Shown one piece after another: positions 1 to 13,789 of a stretch of 64,000 nt of DNA. The DNA is from Octopus sinensis (lineage: Eukaryota): contig NC_042998.1 in the NCBI RefSeq assembly GCF_006345805.1, forward strand, positions 10,168,001 through 10,232,000, written 5' to 3'. Positions within the stretch are counted from its first letter, which is position 1. Every line of letters begins with the position of its first letter. The translations under genes were made by a program, and so were the position numbers. A model generated the notes under the pieces. That model worked only from the letters and a program-made list of their open reading frames with translations, was not told the origin of the DNA and did no database searches.

Positions 1-213
1 AATATGTCCTGTGTCTCACATGTGAATACACAGGACAGGCAAAAGGGTTGAAAACATTTTTGGGGCACTTTCAGGAATTTTCAGTTCGTGGTGTTTCATT
101 CATCTAAAAAGATATATACGAAAAAAAAGGGTGGGATGGTGGAATTTTCGGGTTTCGGAATTTCAAATAAAGAAATATCTACTTCATAATAGAAGAAGAA
201 TGTGTGCGAATAT

Positions 214-254
214 ACGCACGCACACACACACACACGCGCACACACACACACGCG

Positions 255-307
<53 letters not shown>

Positions 308-493
308 ACACACACGCACACACACGCACGCACACACACACGCACACACACACGCACACACACACACACACACACGCACACACACGCACACACACACGCA
401 CACACACGCACACACACACACACGCACACACACACACGCACACACACACACACGCACACACACACACACGCACACACACACACACACACACAC
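214..493. repeat. (CA)n/(CACG)n compound microsatellite
   Basis: Directly visible; source of the HT/CV-repeat ORFs. Confidence 0.97.
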
Positions 494-940
494 ATTTCTA
501 TAAACTCGATGGTTTTGAAACTCTTTCGAACTGAATTAAACATATCTGTATACTTTTTCCCCTTTTGTTCTTAGACTTTTCGAATTGGCGTCATTTGAAT
601 TGAATACGTAAACAACATTAACAAAAACTGAATGAAAAACATTTGTATTGTGTGAATTAGTCTTAAATTCAGCATAACACCCGCATTCTTCTTTCTCTTA
701 TATATATGATGTATATGTATATTTGTATGCATATGTGTGTGCGTGTGTGTGCGTGCGTGTGTATGTAAGTTTGTATGTATGTATGTATGCATGTGTGTGT
801 GAGTGTGAGAGTGTATATGTATGTATGAATGTATGTATGTTTAGTCAGGAAAAGGAAGTTAGATCCCACGGTCTTATGAAACTCCAAACTGAAAATCTGG
901 CAGCATCTAGGTCAGATCAGAATGATTGATGATTACAAAT

Positions 941-1178
941 TATCATCATCATCATCATCATCATTATCATCATCATCATCATCATTTGGAGTAGTAGTAG
1001 TAGTAGTGGTAGTGGTAGTAGTAGTAGTAGTAATAGTAGTAGTAGCAGTAGTAGTAGTGGCAGTAGTAGTAGTAATAGTAGTAGTAGTAGTAGTAGTGGC
1101 AGTAGTAGTAGTAGTAGTAGTAGTAGTTGTAGTAGTAGTAGTATTAGTAGTAGTAGTAGTAGCAGTAGTAGTAGTGGC

Positions 1179-1213
<35 letters not shown>

Positions 1214-1295
1214 CAGTAGTAGTAGTGGCAATAGTAGTAGTAGTAGTAGCAGTAGTAGTAGTGGCAGTAGTAGTAGTAGTAGTTGTTGTTGTAGT

Positions 1296-1356
<61 letters not shown>

Positions 1357-1370
1357 TAGTAGTAGTAGTT
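941..1370. repeat. (TCA)n followed by long (GTA)n triplet microsatellite
   Basis: Directly visible; source of poly-V/L/T ORFs. Confidence 0.97.
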
Positions 1371-1809
1371 GTTTTACATTGTTCTTGTTTCGTCCCCATG
1401 TCAGTCTTGGCAGACCTATGTATGATTAATCATATTATGATATTCCATCAGTTCTACGTGGTTTTATCTAACTAGTATTATATATCGTCCAAATGTGTTC
1501 TTCCTTTGGGTAAGAACACTGGAGTGCGTCGAATCTTTTCTACTCTAGGCACAAGGCCAGAAGTTTTTTTTGGGGAGGGGCCCAGTCGATTAGATCGACC
1601 CCAGTACGCAACTGGTACTTAATTTATCGACCCCAGGAGGCTCTGTTGTTGACTGGAAGTTAGAAGTTGAAACAACCAACAGGGACAGGAAAGCCGTGGA
1701 CGAAGAGCAAACATTACACGGGAAGAGGAAGGACGCAATCGTTAAAATTACACAAATAATAGGTATCAAAATAGAAAAGAGCAGGATATACTAAAGATAT
1801 TCATTTATT

Positions 1810-2160
1810 TATTTACTTGTTTCAGTCGACTGCGGCCATGCTGGAGCCCCGCTTTTAGCCGAACAAATCGATCCCAGTACTTATTCGGACGCTTTTGCCG
1901 AACGGCTAAGTTACGGGGACGTAAGCACACCAGCATGGGTAGCCAAGCGACGGTGGAGGAACAAGCACAGTCACACACACGCAAATATATACATATAAAG
2001 ATATATACGACGGGCTTCTTTCAGTTTCCCCCCTACCAAATCCACTCCGAGGCTATAGTAGAAAACACTTGCCCAAGGTGCCACGCACGGGAGCTGAACC
2101 CGGAACCATGAGGTTAGGAACCAAACTACTTACTACTTACCACACAGCCTCGCTGCGCCT
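1810..2160 (-). mobile_element. SINE family B (tRNA head, CORE-like domain), diverged copy
   Basis: Matches copies at 58795-59208 and 32599-33018 (GCACCTTGGGCAAGTG core; CTCCAGCATGGCCGCAGTC tail). Confidence 0.85.
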
Positions 2161-2165
2161 ATGTA

Positions 2166-2235
<70 letters not shown>

Positions 2236-2363
2236 CGTGATCACCGTGACCGACCAGGCTATCAGATGTTGCTACACATCGCTGGTCACAATGCGCTTCG
2301 CATTGTTTTAGCCTTCAAATGACGCCACCCCGCTGGCTAAGCGAGCAGGCCAATATATATATA

Positions 2364-2402
<39 letters not shown>

Positions 2403-2513
2403 GGTTGTATACTGTCAATCTAACGTGAACGTGACAGTAGGGGGTTACACCACCGCTGTTTAGCCCTAGGAAGCATCGACGCCTACTGATGGCTTTATAT
2501 CTATATAATATAA

Positions 2514-2890
2514 CTAGCACTATCGCCCGGCTTTGCTCGGGATTGTTTTGACCCTTTAGAATTAGAACTTTTGAAAAGTAAAAATTTTGCATTATATAGC
2601 TTGTTATTCTCTTTAAGTGAACATTTTTCTGGTTGAAATACACCAAAAAATGGCGACACAGAAGTCAAAAAATCGTAAAAAAATAGGGATTTTCATAGAA
2701 AAAAAGCACCTTTTTGATGTAAATAATTTTTGGCGTTAATTTTTTCTTCTGTGGAAGGAAGAGCAAGCCTTCTTTTATCATACTCTCAATTTTTGGTCAA
2801 TTTGCGCCGCAGGGTCTTGGAGGAGATAGTGTTAGTTGAAGGCTACCAAACCTGCCATACACAGACAACTTCAGCTTTACATATATATAT
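2514..2890 (-). mobile_element. Non-autonomous Helitron-like element
   Basis: Minus-strand 3' end CCCGAGCAAAGCCGGGCGATAGTGCTAG (hairpin + CTAG) similar to other copies; 5' end runs into (TA)n. Confidence 0.7.
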
Positions 2891-3141
2891 ATTATTTTAG
2901 TTTTGTAACTTAACCAGAGGAAGAAGGGTCAACACTGCTGACATTTTCAGGCTCTCTAAGACCGGTGATATTTATGTCTAGTTTTATGTCAATGGTAGGT
3001 CTCCGTCCACAGGAATTCCAGAAGGGGAAAGAGTTTTGTGAAGAGTTTGCGAAATAAAATAAAGTAGTATTAATGGTTCAAGTGTGAAGAAAGAGTTTTA
3101 TGAGACTGTGGTCTCTAACTTATTCATCGACGGAACAAATG

Positions 3142-3689
<548 letters not shown>

Positions 3690-3946
3690 TATAAGACTCA
3701 AGATTATACAGAAAGAAGTAGAATATATGGTCTTGTGCATATTTTTAATGACATAAGGCTAACGAAGGGAAATGCATTTGGAGTAGAGACGGATGTGTCG
3801 AATGATTTTCGAGGTGGTGAAAAATTAGAGTGCGTAAAAAAATGTTGAAGGTAAATAAAATCATAGATGTTCTTGTAACAATTAAGTACAAGGCCAGCAG
3901 TTTTGAAAAGGGGACCTCAGTATTTGACCTCAGTATTTGACAAGTA

Positions 3947-4512
3947 TTGGGTTGTCCGGAAAGTTCATGCCGATTTATAGTAGCTTACCTTTCAACTTAT
4001 TTTAGAACATGGTTGAGTCCATAAAAAAGGATCTGACTACACCTCTATTTAGAGCACAGTTTAAGCTATCTTTTCTTGGAAGAAGGTTTATGTTCCTATA
4101 ACCTGTGTTAATTTTGTAACCCTTTAAAATGGAAGATAAGAAAGTTCATTTTCGGCACTTGATGATTTGGGAACCAGACAAAAATTGCTGCAGCTCGGCT
4201 GGGATATGCTACCCCACCCTTCATATTCACCAAATATTGCTCCTTTGGATTTGCACTTATTCAGGTCTCTGCAGAATAGTTTTAATGGTAAAAATTTCAA
4301 TTTCTAAGATGACGTAAAAAGATACCTTGATGAATTCTTTGCCATGAAACCATCTCAATTCTGGGAAGAGGGTATTTTCAAGTTAAAGGAAAGATAGAGA
4401 CGCATTGTGCAACAAAATGGTTCATGTTTCGTTGATTAAAAATGTAATGGCAAGTATTTATTGACCGTTTTCTTTCCTTTAAAAATAGGCACGAACTTTC
4501 CGGACAACCTAA
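3947..4512 (+). mobile_element. Internally deleted mariner element
   Basis: TIRs TTGGGTTGTCCGGAAAGTTCATGCC / GGCACGAACTTTCCGGACAACCTAA, 5' TA; N-terminal MEDKKVHFRHLM joined to C-terminal HPSYSPNIAPLDLHLFRSLQ-like remnant. Confidence 0.88.
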
Positions 4513-5436
4513 TCCTTTATTTTATAGTGGGATGAAAGGCAAAGTTGATTTCGATGTGATTTGAATTCAGGACGTAAAAAGACGGAAGAAATATCACTTA
4601 GCACTTTCCAACGCTCTAATAATTTAGTCACCTCACCACGCTTGTTGTTCTTGTAAGATGTGACAGATCTTTATATATTTCTAATTGAGTTGCATGATTA
4701 TCTTTCTTATTAATTAGTCAGGAGCGGTGGCTATGGCCCCAGTTGCAGGTCTTTGTGTTCTGAGTTCAAATTATCAACTATTTTTCGTGGAATCGTAGAG
4801 GTGCCGTCGAGACATACGGCGAGTCTCGGGCATTTTTCGTCGTGACGGAGCCCATACTATTCCAGGTCTGACATCAGCTGATACCTTTCAGAATAAGACG
4901 CTGAGAGACGGAGAGAAAGAAAGAATGAGTGATAGAGAAGAGATTAAGAGAATTTTCTATAAATAGTCTTTTCTATTAATAAAGCGTTCTTAACTCACTT
5001 ATGCCGATTATACTTTTACGTCTGAAGGAATTCCGTTCTGATAATGAAAATCAAGGATACGAGTTGAAGGCTGAGATTGGAAATACAAGCCAAATACTTT
5101 ATGCTATCTCATTTAATGGTGCCAATTTAAAGATAAAGATATGAAAAAAAAAACTTCCATAAGAAAAAGCAGAGAAAGGTTTCATTCAAAATGAAAATGT
5201 TGAAATGTTAAATAATCGATTATAATGCAGCTAAAATGTATCTTGCTATGTGACCTATTTTTTTTTGCGCCCAGTTTGTAGTTTTAGTGCAGTTGGGTTT
5301 GTTTGCTTCATAGAGATATTGCTTAAATAAATATTAAGTTACGGCTGAGTTTGTTTATCTGACCTACATATACAACTAGAAAGCAGAAACCTTATATTGT
5401 GGACAATCTGCTTGACATTACTATGCAAATATATTA

Positions 5437-5870
5437 AGGTGGTGAGCTGGCAGAATCGTTAACACGCCGGGCGAAATGCTTAGCAGTACTTCGTCTGCCG
5501 CTACGTTCTGAGTGCAAATTCCGCCGAGGTCGACTTTGCCTTTCATCCTTTCGGGGTCGATTAAATAAGTACCAGTTACGCACTGGATCGATGTAATCGA
5601 CTTAATACCTATGTCTGTCCTTGTTTGTCCTCTCTGTGTTTAGCCCCTTGTGGGTAGTAAAGAAATAGGTGAGCTGGTAGCAACGTTTATACGCCGGGCA
5701 AAATGTTTTGTGGCATTTCGACCGTCTTTACATTCTGAGTTCAAGTTCTACCGTGGTCGACTTCGTCTTTCATCCTTTCAGGGTCGATAGAATAAGTGAG
5801 CATTAAGGTCGATATAATCAACTTACCCCTCTCCTAAAATTACTGGCCTTGTGCCAAAATTTGAAACCAT
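5437..5870 (+). mobile_element. Two tandem SINE family A copies (tRNA head, Meta/Sauria-like central domain)
   Basis: A-box-like GAGCTGGCAGAATCGT, B-box-like GAGT(T/G)CAAATTCC, central GTCGACTTTGCCTTTCATCCTTTCGGGGTCGAT..AAGTACC. Confidence 0.9.
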
Positions 5871-5999
5871 TATTATGCAATGTATTCACAACGTAATGTA
5901 TTCATGTTCGTTTATTGAATGTTTAACTTTAAACGACATTTGCAACACAATATCAGTATTTTGTCATGAAATACTTCATCCTGTTACACATAAGTGTCA

Positions 6000-6163
6000 T
6001 AGGCACAAGTGTGGCTGTGTGGTAAATACCTTGCTTACGCATTACATGGTTCCAGGTTCAGTCCCACTGCGTGGCACCTTGCGCAAGTGTCTTCTACTAT
6101 AGTCTCGAGCCGACCAAAGCCTTGTGAGTGGATTTGGTAGACGGAAACTGAAAGAAACCCGTC

Positions 6164-6206
<43 letters not shown>

Positions 6207-6440
6207 ATATATATGTATGTATGTGTGTGTATATGTTTGTGTGTCTGTGTTTGTTTCCCCAACATCGCTTGACAACCGATGCTAGTATGTTTACGACCCC
6301 GTAACTCAGCGGTTCGGCAAAACAGACCGATAGAATAAGTACTGGGCTTACAAAGAATAAGTCCTGGAATCGATTTGCTCGACTAAAGGCGGTGCTCCAG
6401 CATGGCCACAGTCAAATGATTGAAACAAGTAAAAGAGAGA
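6000..6440 (+). mobile_element. SINE family B, full length with internal (TA)n(TG)n
   Basis: GTGGCTGTGTGGTAA A box, GGTTCAGTCCC B box, CORE-like segment, family tail. Confidence 0.9.
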
Positions 6441-6759
6441 TGAGTAACTAAATAAGCCATACGCCAGCACCATGATAGAAGTTGGAGAATGACATGCGCA
6501 AGAACTAAAGCCAATACTGATTCTTGGTCTCGGCCTCCAGTTCTTGCAAATAGTTTTGTAAATACTATTAAAAACGTCGTTTGGAAACATGATAAAGGAA
6601 TTTTTCATTAAAACTGACTTGATTTGCAATTGTTTTTGCTATTGTTCCTGTAGTTGACGATGCCGCCGTTTAGACCCAGGTTAACCCCGAACAAATATAA
6701 CTATAATCCAAGAGGCATGATAATTTTTTTAGACAGTGTATAGAAGATAGTAGTGTATC

Positions 6760-6991
6760 TATTTCTTTATTACCCACAAGGGGCTAAACATAGAGGGGAC
6801 AAACAAGGACAGACATAGGTATTAAGTCGATTATACCGAACCCAGTACGTAACTGGTACTTAATTTATCGACCCCGAAAGGATGAAAGGCAAAGTCGACC
6901 TCGGCGGAATTTGAACTCACCACGTTGCGACAGACGAAATGCCGCTAAGTATTTCGCCCGGCGCGCTAACGTTTCTGCCAGCTCGCCACCT
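6760..6991 (-). mobile_element. SINE family A, full length with 14-bp TSD
   Basis: TSD GATAGTAGTGTATC at 6746-6759 and 6992-7005. Confidence 0.93.
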
Positions 6992-7369
6992 GATAGTAGT
7001 GTATCATTTATCATTTAAAGGATATTTGGATGTTAATTCTAGAGATTGCAATAGAGAGCTTATTATTTCCTCGTTTGTTTTTTTTTTTAATATTTTTTCT
7101 ATGCGTCAAGCGGATAATGATGTTAAAATTCTCTGCATTATTTATTATGAAAGGCGATTGTAGAATTGATAGAGCCAACAATATTTTAAGATGCTCAACA
7201 GATAGTGTTATCGCTCCTCCAACGGCACCATATGTTGCTGTGACACAGATTCGCAAGCTGTGGAACATTTGTTGATGTGTTTGCTAATACAAGAACTATG
7301 CACAGCTCTTGCAATGTATAATGAAGAGAAATACAAGGTGGATTTAAGAAGAATGATGAACTTCTAGAG

Positions 7370-7860
7370 TAGAGAAACTATTAGAGCTACTACATCTGCT
7401 GCTGTCTTCTGTTCTCCTTATGGGCAGAAGACCTTCATGAGGGTCGTACTCCAACTCGTATAACAATTAGACCTTCTTTTCTGAAAAATCAGCCTGACAG
7501 ACTGCCTCTTCACTCCCACTCCAAGGTAGTCTTGTGGTCTTCAGTTATTCATGATCTGGGTGTCAATGCAGACCCCATCTGATCACATGTGGTTGCAAGT
7601 CACTTCTTCGGTATCTGCTCGCATCGTGTCGCAAAATGGAAGACAAGCCAAGTTACAACATCAGTACCAATATTTCTGGCCATGACCCTTGTCTTTCTTT
7701 TCTCCGTGTACTGAAGAATCCAGTCTGTGGGTTCTGCCATTTTTCTTGCGTTGTTATTGGTCTTAAGGACTAGGCATAAATACAGGAGTCTAATATCAAA
7801 TGCAGGAGTACTGACATCAAAACCTTTAGAGAACATATGAAAGTTTCAGCCTTTCGTTCT
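7370..7860 (-). mobile_element. Highly decayed LINE 3' remnant (possibly RTE-like)
   Basis: Weak RT C-terminal-like words on the minus strand, broken by stops; by-eye only. Confidence 0.3.
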
Positions 7861-8252
7861 CATCACTCCTTTGCTAAATTCCTCAGCGAATGAGGTACTC
7901 CTTTATGTAAGATACAGCTTACTCGCGCTTTTCTTTTGCCAAGTGGTACTTCTTTCCGCATGCAACACTAGAAAAAGTTGTGCTCTCGTTGCCGTTTGTG
8001 TTGCTTCAGTTATTGTTATTTACGTTCGTATTTTCCCAATCTCACTCGTTTCTTTACTGTTGTAGTCTTCGAATTGTAACTTCTCTTCGAGTGTTACATT
8101 CTCATCTTTTAAACTTTTTTTTTAACATCCGTTTTTTATGTTTTGGAAACAAAGCGAAATAGTTGGTTGCAAAAATATGTGTACCCAATAAAAATGGCTA
8201 AACATTCTCTTTCTCCCCAGGTTATTGGGATGGACGTTCATGCATTTAAAAG

Positions 8253-8465
8253 AAGGCGGCGAGCTGGCAGAAACGTTACCACGCCGGCGAAATGCGTTGC
8301 AGTATTTCGTCTGCGGCTACGTTCTGAGATCAAATTCCGCCGAGGTCGACTTTGCCTTTCATCCTTTCGGAGTCGATAAATTAAGTACCAGTTACGTACT
8401 GGGGTCGATCTAATCGACTGGTCCCCTCTCCCAAAATTTCGGGCTTTGTGCCCAGAGTAGAAAAG
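8253..8465 (+). mobile_element. SINE family A
   Basis: Family head, central domain and CCCAAAATTTCGGGCTTTGTGCC tail variant. Confidence 0.9.
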
Positions 8466-8629
8466 TCCATGCATTTAAAAGTCTTTTGCTGACTGAAACG
8501 AAGAAAAAAACAACTCTTATTTATTAGCTAAACATGAAAGAAAACAACAAAGCGGGGCTTCGTGAAATTTGTGCGTCTCCGGAAGATAAATAGATAAATT
8601 CAACAACAACAATAAATCTTTTTTTTTTC

Positions 8630-9059
8630 TGAAAGACCTGAAATTGCTCGGGAGGGAGCTAGTCGATTACATCGACCCTAGTGATCGACTGTAACTTATT
8701 GTATCGACCTCAAAATGATGAAAAGCAAACTCGACTATGGTGGCTTTCGAACTCAGACCGAAATGCCGCTAAGCATTTTGTCCGATGTGTTAATGATTCT
8801 GCCAGCTCATTATTTTCAGTAATAACGATAATAATAATAATAATTTTAAAATTTGGCGCAAGGCCGGTAGTTGCGAGGGAGGAGGGTTGTCAATTATAAC
8901 GACCTCAATATTTAGCTAGTACTTGTTTTATCGACCCCGAAATGATTAAAGACAAAGTCGACTCCGGTGGAATTTGAACTCAGAACATCAAGACTGACGA
9001 AATGCCGCTAAGCATTTTCCCCGCCATGCTAACGATTCTGCCAGCTCGCCACCTTCAGT

Positions 9060-9095
<36 letters not shown>

Positions 9096-9182
9096 AACAA
9101 TAACAATAACAATAACAATCCTTTCTATTGAAGGCACAAGGCCTGAAATTTGGTGAGGAGGGTACATGTTGCTTACATCGAC
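8630..9182 (-). mobile_element. Cluster of diverged SINE family A copies separated by (AAT)n/(AAC)n
   Basis: Repeated ATCGACC..AAATGAT.AAAG.CAAA.TCGAC motif. Confidence 0.85.
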
Positions 9183-10745
9183 TAGTTGTAGATTCGATCA
9201 TTCGGACCATCCTCGCCACATTCACCCCTTTTTGGCGAGAGCACCCCCCCTCAACTTATTGGCGAGAGCACCCCCCCCTCTCAAACCTCACCTTCCTTTC
9301 CAAACGAATCTAAAAATGTCGACGTGGCCTTACCGAAAAGGAAAGTATCCGTTTTCAGTCCTTTCATTGTCGTCCTTCACGCAGTCTCTTTCGTCATAGC
9401 CATCGGTCAAAGAAAAACTGTTTTCCCTTACCGGCCAAAAGGTGTCGGCGGGGCGATCTTCATGATGGACCTGGCCGATAGCCGGATCCATCTCACACAT
9501 GGCAGCAGCTGTTCGACACTACTCCATAAGTCAGCAGTCCTTGAGCACTGTACGAGCGTGCGCAGGACAGTTTGGTCGATATGCGTGCATGTCAGGTAGG
9601 CCCAGCTGAAGGCACAACCATACCTGTTGAGTTTATCCTAAGCCGATAATGCTCCCTGGTAGCATTGGCAGGCCAGGGATTTCTGGAAATTATTCATGAG
9701 CCCCGGTTCGAAAGTCCTCCGAAAAAGTCTAGTGAGTGATTTTGATCGACGTCCAGAGTTTTCCAGAGGATGTCGTCGCTCTTACCCACCACTAATCCTC
9801 TAGAGAATGCCATAATGGAACAGTGACTGATCGTATTGGCACGTCGAAAAAACGCGTTCATATTCTAGTAAACGTATCCTTGTCTATGCACTATATCTAG
9901 GTCGACCGTATGTGTCATAAATTTGTAGTCTGTGAAGCCGGTCAATTTGAATTGTAGACAATCTGTGTTATTCCTGTCTGCCGGCCTGTAGAAAACTTGA
10001 TCTTGATATGGCCTGGATAACCTGATACTTTTTACATGCCGAATGACACATTCAGAAAATTCAGTCAGTATCTATCTATCAGCCAGTTGGAGGCGTGAGA
10101 GCAGGCTTGCGAGGCTTTTACAACTCTCCTCTCCTATCAGTTGGCCCTTACACAATCTACACGTACAACCATGATGGCATTCTAATCCTCTACTAGTACT
10201 AAAGAGCGGGACTTTCTCAGGAAAATTTCCAGACCCCTGAAGAAATTCGGCCGTCCCACCCCACTCAAATCTACAGTCGCTCCATCAGTTACGATGACAA
10301 GGGTTCCAGTTGATCCGATTAACCGAACAGCCTGCTCGTGTGTACCCGTAACGTAATTCTAAGGAAATGTGACAAAGATAGCCCTTTGAAATACAGGTAC
10401 TACTCATTTTTGTTAGCTCTGTGGTCTAAAGACACCACCTTCTCTTGTTCACGTCTAGGATCACTAACTTACTGTTCGAATTCAGGAAGATCGGCCGTAT
10501 CTCGAAACCCAGGCCTTTCCGAAACAATACTGTCTCTCAGCCTCCTCTGCCAGATCGGTTCAGTGATGTGCACTTCGTCAAGTCATCAAAAACGGATCCT
10601 GGTGAACATGTGTTAGAAATCCTGGCTTCGCTGACAGGTAATCCATCCAAAGCTAGTGACCTGATATCTTTGAGAAGACCCTTGTTTCCAGAGTGACTCC
10701 AGGCCAGGTATCTTTATACTTCCCACTCTTAAGGCTGCCATGTTG
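9183..10745 (-). mobile_element. Decayed Tx1/L1-type LINE ORF2: APE endonuclease joined to C-terminal Zn-binding region, RT missing
   Basis: Minus translation MAALRVGSI..LLKDIRSL..VLFRKG..KLVILDV, FFRGLEIFL..LVLVED*NA, FTDYK..GYVY*NMNA, then QCYQGALSA*DKLNRYG..QTVLRTLVQC..LWSSVEQLL; interrupted by a SINE family C 3' fragment at ~10280-10425. Confidence 0.7.
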
Positions 10746-11764
10746 GTAAGGAAGAAGGGAAGAAGGAAAGAGGTCATCTACCTTAATAGGTAATAATAAT
10801 AATTTTCTGTAAGCAATCGTGTGTTTCAAAATCTTTTCTCTGTTTGCAGTTCTATGGGGAAAACCTGAAATAGCCTGCTCAAGGCTATGACGCTTGGATA
10901 CCCAACGTCATGAGGGAAACTCTCTTTTGGGAAAAAATCAATTTTATATTCCTATCTATTGGCAGCCTTTCCAGTTTCAGATCCTTCGAGGCTTTCTCTG
11001 TGCTTTTAATGAAAGTCTTCCTTGTTCTCTCTCTCTCTCTCTTTCTCTCTTTCTCTCCATATCTCCTTTTTATGCTATGTAAGAAAGCAGTTCTTTCTTT
11101 TTCTCCTTACTAACATATTGTTCTGGTTGTTATTCGATCTGTGCTTTTGTCTGCTGTTTTTTTCTTTTCGCTTAATTGTTCCTTGTTGTTTCGTTTGTAT
11201 TTTTTTTGTTTTGTTTTGTTGCTTTTGGTGGAAATGGTAATAGCGATGATGTTATTTCTTGATGCGAATTTAGCGCTGTTTGAAGTCGACGTGGAGCAGG
11301 TGTTGTTTCGTATTTCTTTTTTTTTGCTTTTCTTGTCTTCCACTCCCCCTAACCTGACGTTTAGCCTGAAAACCTCTGACTTGAACTGGAGCAGGAACAT
11401 GTTTTTTGTGTGTGTTTGTGTGGTTTGTGTGTGTGTGTGTGTGTGTGTTCATGAGTGTGCATGTAGGAGGAAGGAGAGAAGAGGAAGGAGAGAGGGTTGA
11501 GATATCCGGATTACTTTTGTAACACTCAATTTCTCCGCCACCTCAGTTGCAACTGCTAATGGATTTGATGTTAATATTCTTTGTGCAACTGTTGCTGCTT
11601 TTTTTTCAGCTTTACAAACGTTTGTAGGTGTTTTGTTGTTGTTTTTGCTGTTGTTGCTATTGTTGATGTTGGTCTCGAGGGGTTTATCGTTGCTCTCGTA
11701 TTTTTTTCATTGCTACTACTGTCGCTACTGCTTCTGTTGTTGCAAATTGTGGCTGTTGCTGCTT

Positions 11765-12147
11765 TTGTTTGTTTGTTTGTTGAGCGAAGCGGTCTTCGTC
11801 CCATTAGTGGGAGAAGTCCGAAACGTGGTCCTTTGCTATTCGTAAAACCCGCAGAAGAGAAAGCAGGTCAACCCCCAACACCGAGAGCATCGACGGATGG
11901 ATGAATGCGCATCCAGGCTCAGCGGTTGCGTAGGAAGTTGAGGAGGACAAGAAACAGGAAGGAAGAGTGAGAGAAAGTTGGAGCGAAAGAGTACAACAGG
12001 GGTCGCCACTGCCCCCTGCCGGAGCCTCGTGGACCTTTTTAGGTGTTTTTTTCGCTCAATAAACACACACAACGCCCGGTCTGGGAATCGAAACCGCGAT
12101 ACTCCGACCGCGAGCCCGCTACCCTAACCACTGGGCCATTGTGCCTC
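11765..12147 (-). mobile_element. SINE family C head with an alternative 3' tail ending in (CAAA)n
   Basis: 11948-12147 matches the 5' half of 15796-16184 and 38208-38587; 11765-11947 is unrelated to their tail. Confidence 0.75.
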
Positions 12148-12482
12148 TACTTGCTGTTGCTGCTGTTGTTGAAGCGATAGTATCGGCATCAGTGAGACTC
12201 TTTTGAGATGGTCAATTTTTCTGCAGACATGGTTTCTTGGTCTTCTACGTTCCACAATCACGAGCGGTTCTACCACGTTTGGCATCATTTCAGAAACAAA
12301 AAAAATGTTTTCAAACATAATTTTAAAATATTCTTTTCAAATCTGTGTCCCTAAGGGGTACAAATTTGAAAACAATCCTATGTTTTCTGGTCGTCTTTAA
12401 CAAATGATATGCAACAAAATTTCAACAATTAACAACTTTTGACATATATGAACAGACTAACGATGCGACGTGCAATAATAAT

Positions 12483-13084
12483 CCTTTATACTAAAGCACA
12501 ATGCTTGAAATTTGGAGGGAGGGGACTAGACGATTACATCGACCCCCAATGTTTCACTGGTACTTAATTTATCGACCCCGGAAGGATGAAAGACAAAGTC
12601 AACCTCGGCAGGATTTGAACTCACAACGTAGCTACGGGCGAAATATCGCTGAGCATTTTGTCCAGAGTGCTAACGATTCTGCCTGTCAGCCTAATAATAA
12701 TAATAATAATAATCCTTTCTAGTATAGGTACAAGACCTGAAATTTTAGGGGAGGGACAAGTCGATTCGCAGGGTTCTTGAAGCACGACCAGTATACAAGT
12801 GTCACCTTAGCCTACTGGCTGTGGACAGCTGACACTTTCCATCCTACCCAGCAAAATAAGCTGTGAGTTTTCATGAAATAATAATTCTTTCTACTATAGG
12901 CACAAGGCCCGAAATTTTAAGGGAGGGGTAAGTCGATTATATCGATCCCAGTATTCCACTGGTACTTAATTCATCGACCCCGAAAGGATGAAAGGCAAAG
13001 TCGACCTTGGCGGAATTTGAACTCACAACGTGAAAACGGACGAAATGCCGCTAAGCACTTCGCCCGGCATGCTAACGATTCTGC

Positions 13085-13139
<55 letters not shown>

Positions 13140-13740
13140 GTTTCAAATTTTGTCCCAAACGCAGCAATTTTGGGGAAAGGGTTAAGTCTATTATATCGAC
13201 CCCAATGTTCATCTGGTACTTATTTTATCGACTTCGAAAGGACGAAAGGCAAAGTTTACTTCGGTGGAATTTGAACTCAAAACGTAAAGACGGACGAAAT
13301 GCTGCTAAGCATTTTGCCCGGCGTGCTAACGATTCTGCTAGCTCGCCGACTTAATAATCTTTTCTACTCTAGGCACAAGGTATGAAATTTTAGGGGAAGG
13401 GTCCAGTCGATTAGATCGATCCCAGTATGCAACTGGAACTTATTTTATCGACTCCGAAAGGATGAAAGGTAAAATCGATCTCGGTGGAATTTAACTCAGA
13501 ACATAGGACAGACGAAATACCTATTTCTTTACAACCCACAAGGGGCTAAACACGGAGGAGACAAACAAGGACAGAGAAACGGATTAAGTCGATTATATCG
13601 ATCCCAGTATTCCACTGGTACTTAATTCATCGACCCCGAAAGGATGAAAGGCAAAGTCGACCTTGGCGGAATTTGAACTCACAACGTGAAAACGGACGAA
13701 ATGCCGCTAAGCACTTCGCCCGGCATGCTAACGATTCTGC

Positions 13741-13789
<49 letters not shown>

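Noticed and set aside
96-1399. HT/CV/poly-V/poly-L ORFs
   Set aside because: Translations of (CA)n and (GTA)n microsatellites; same for similar ORFs throughout the window.
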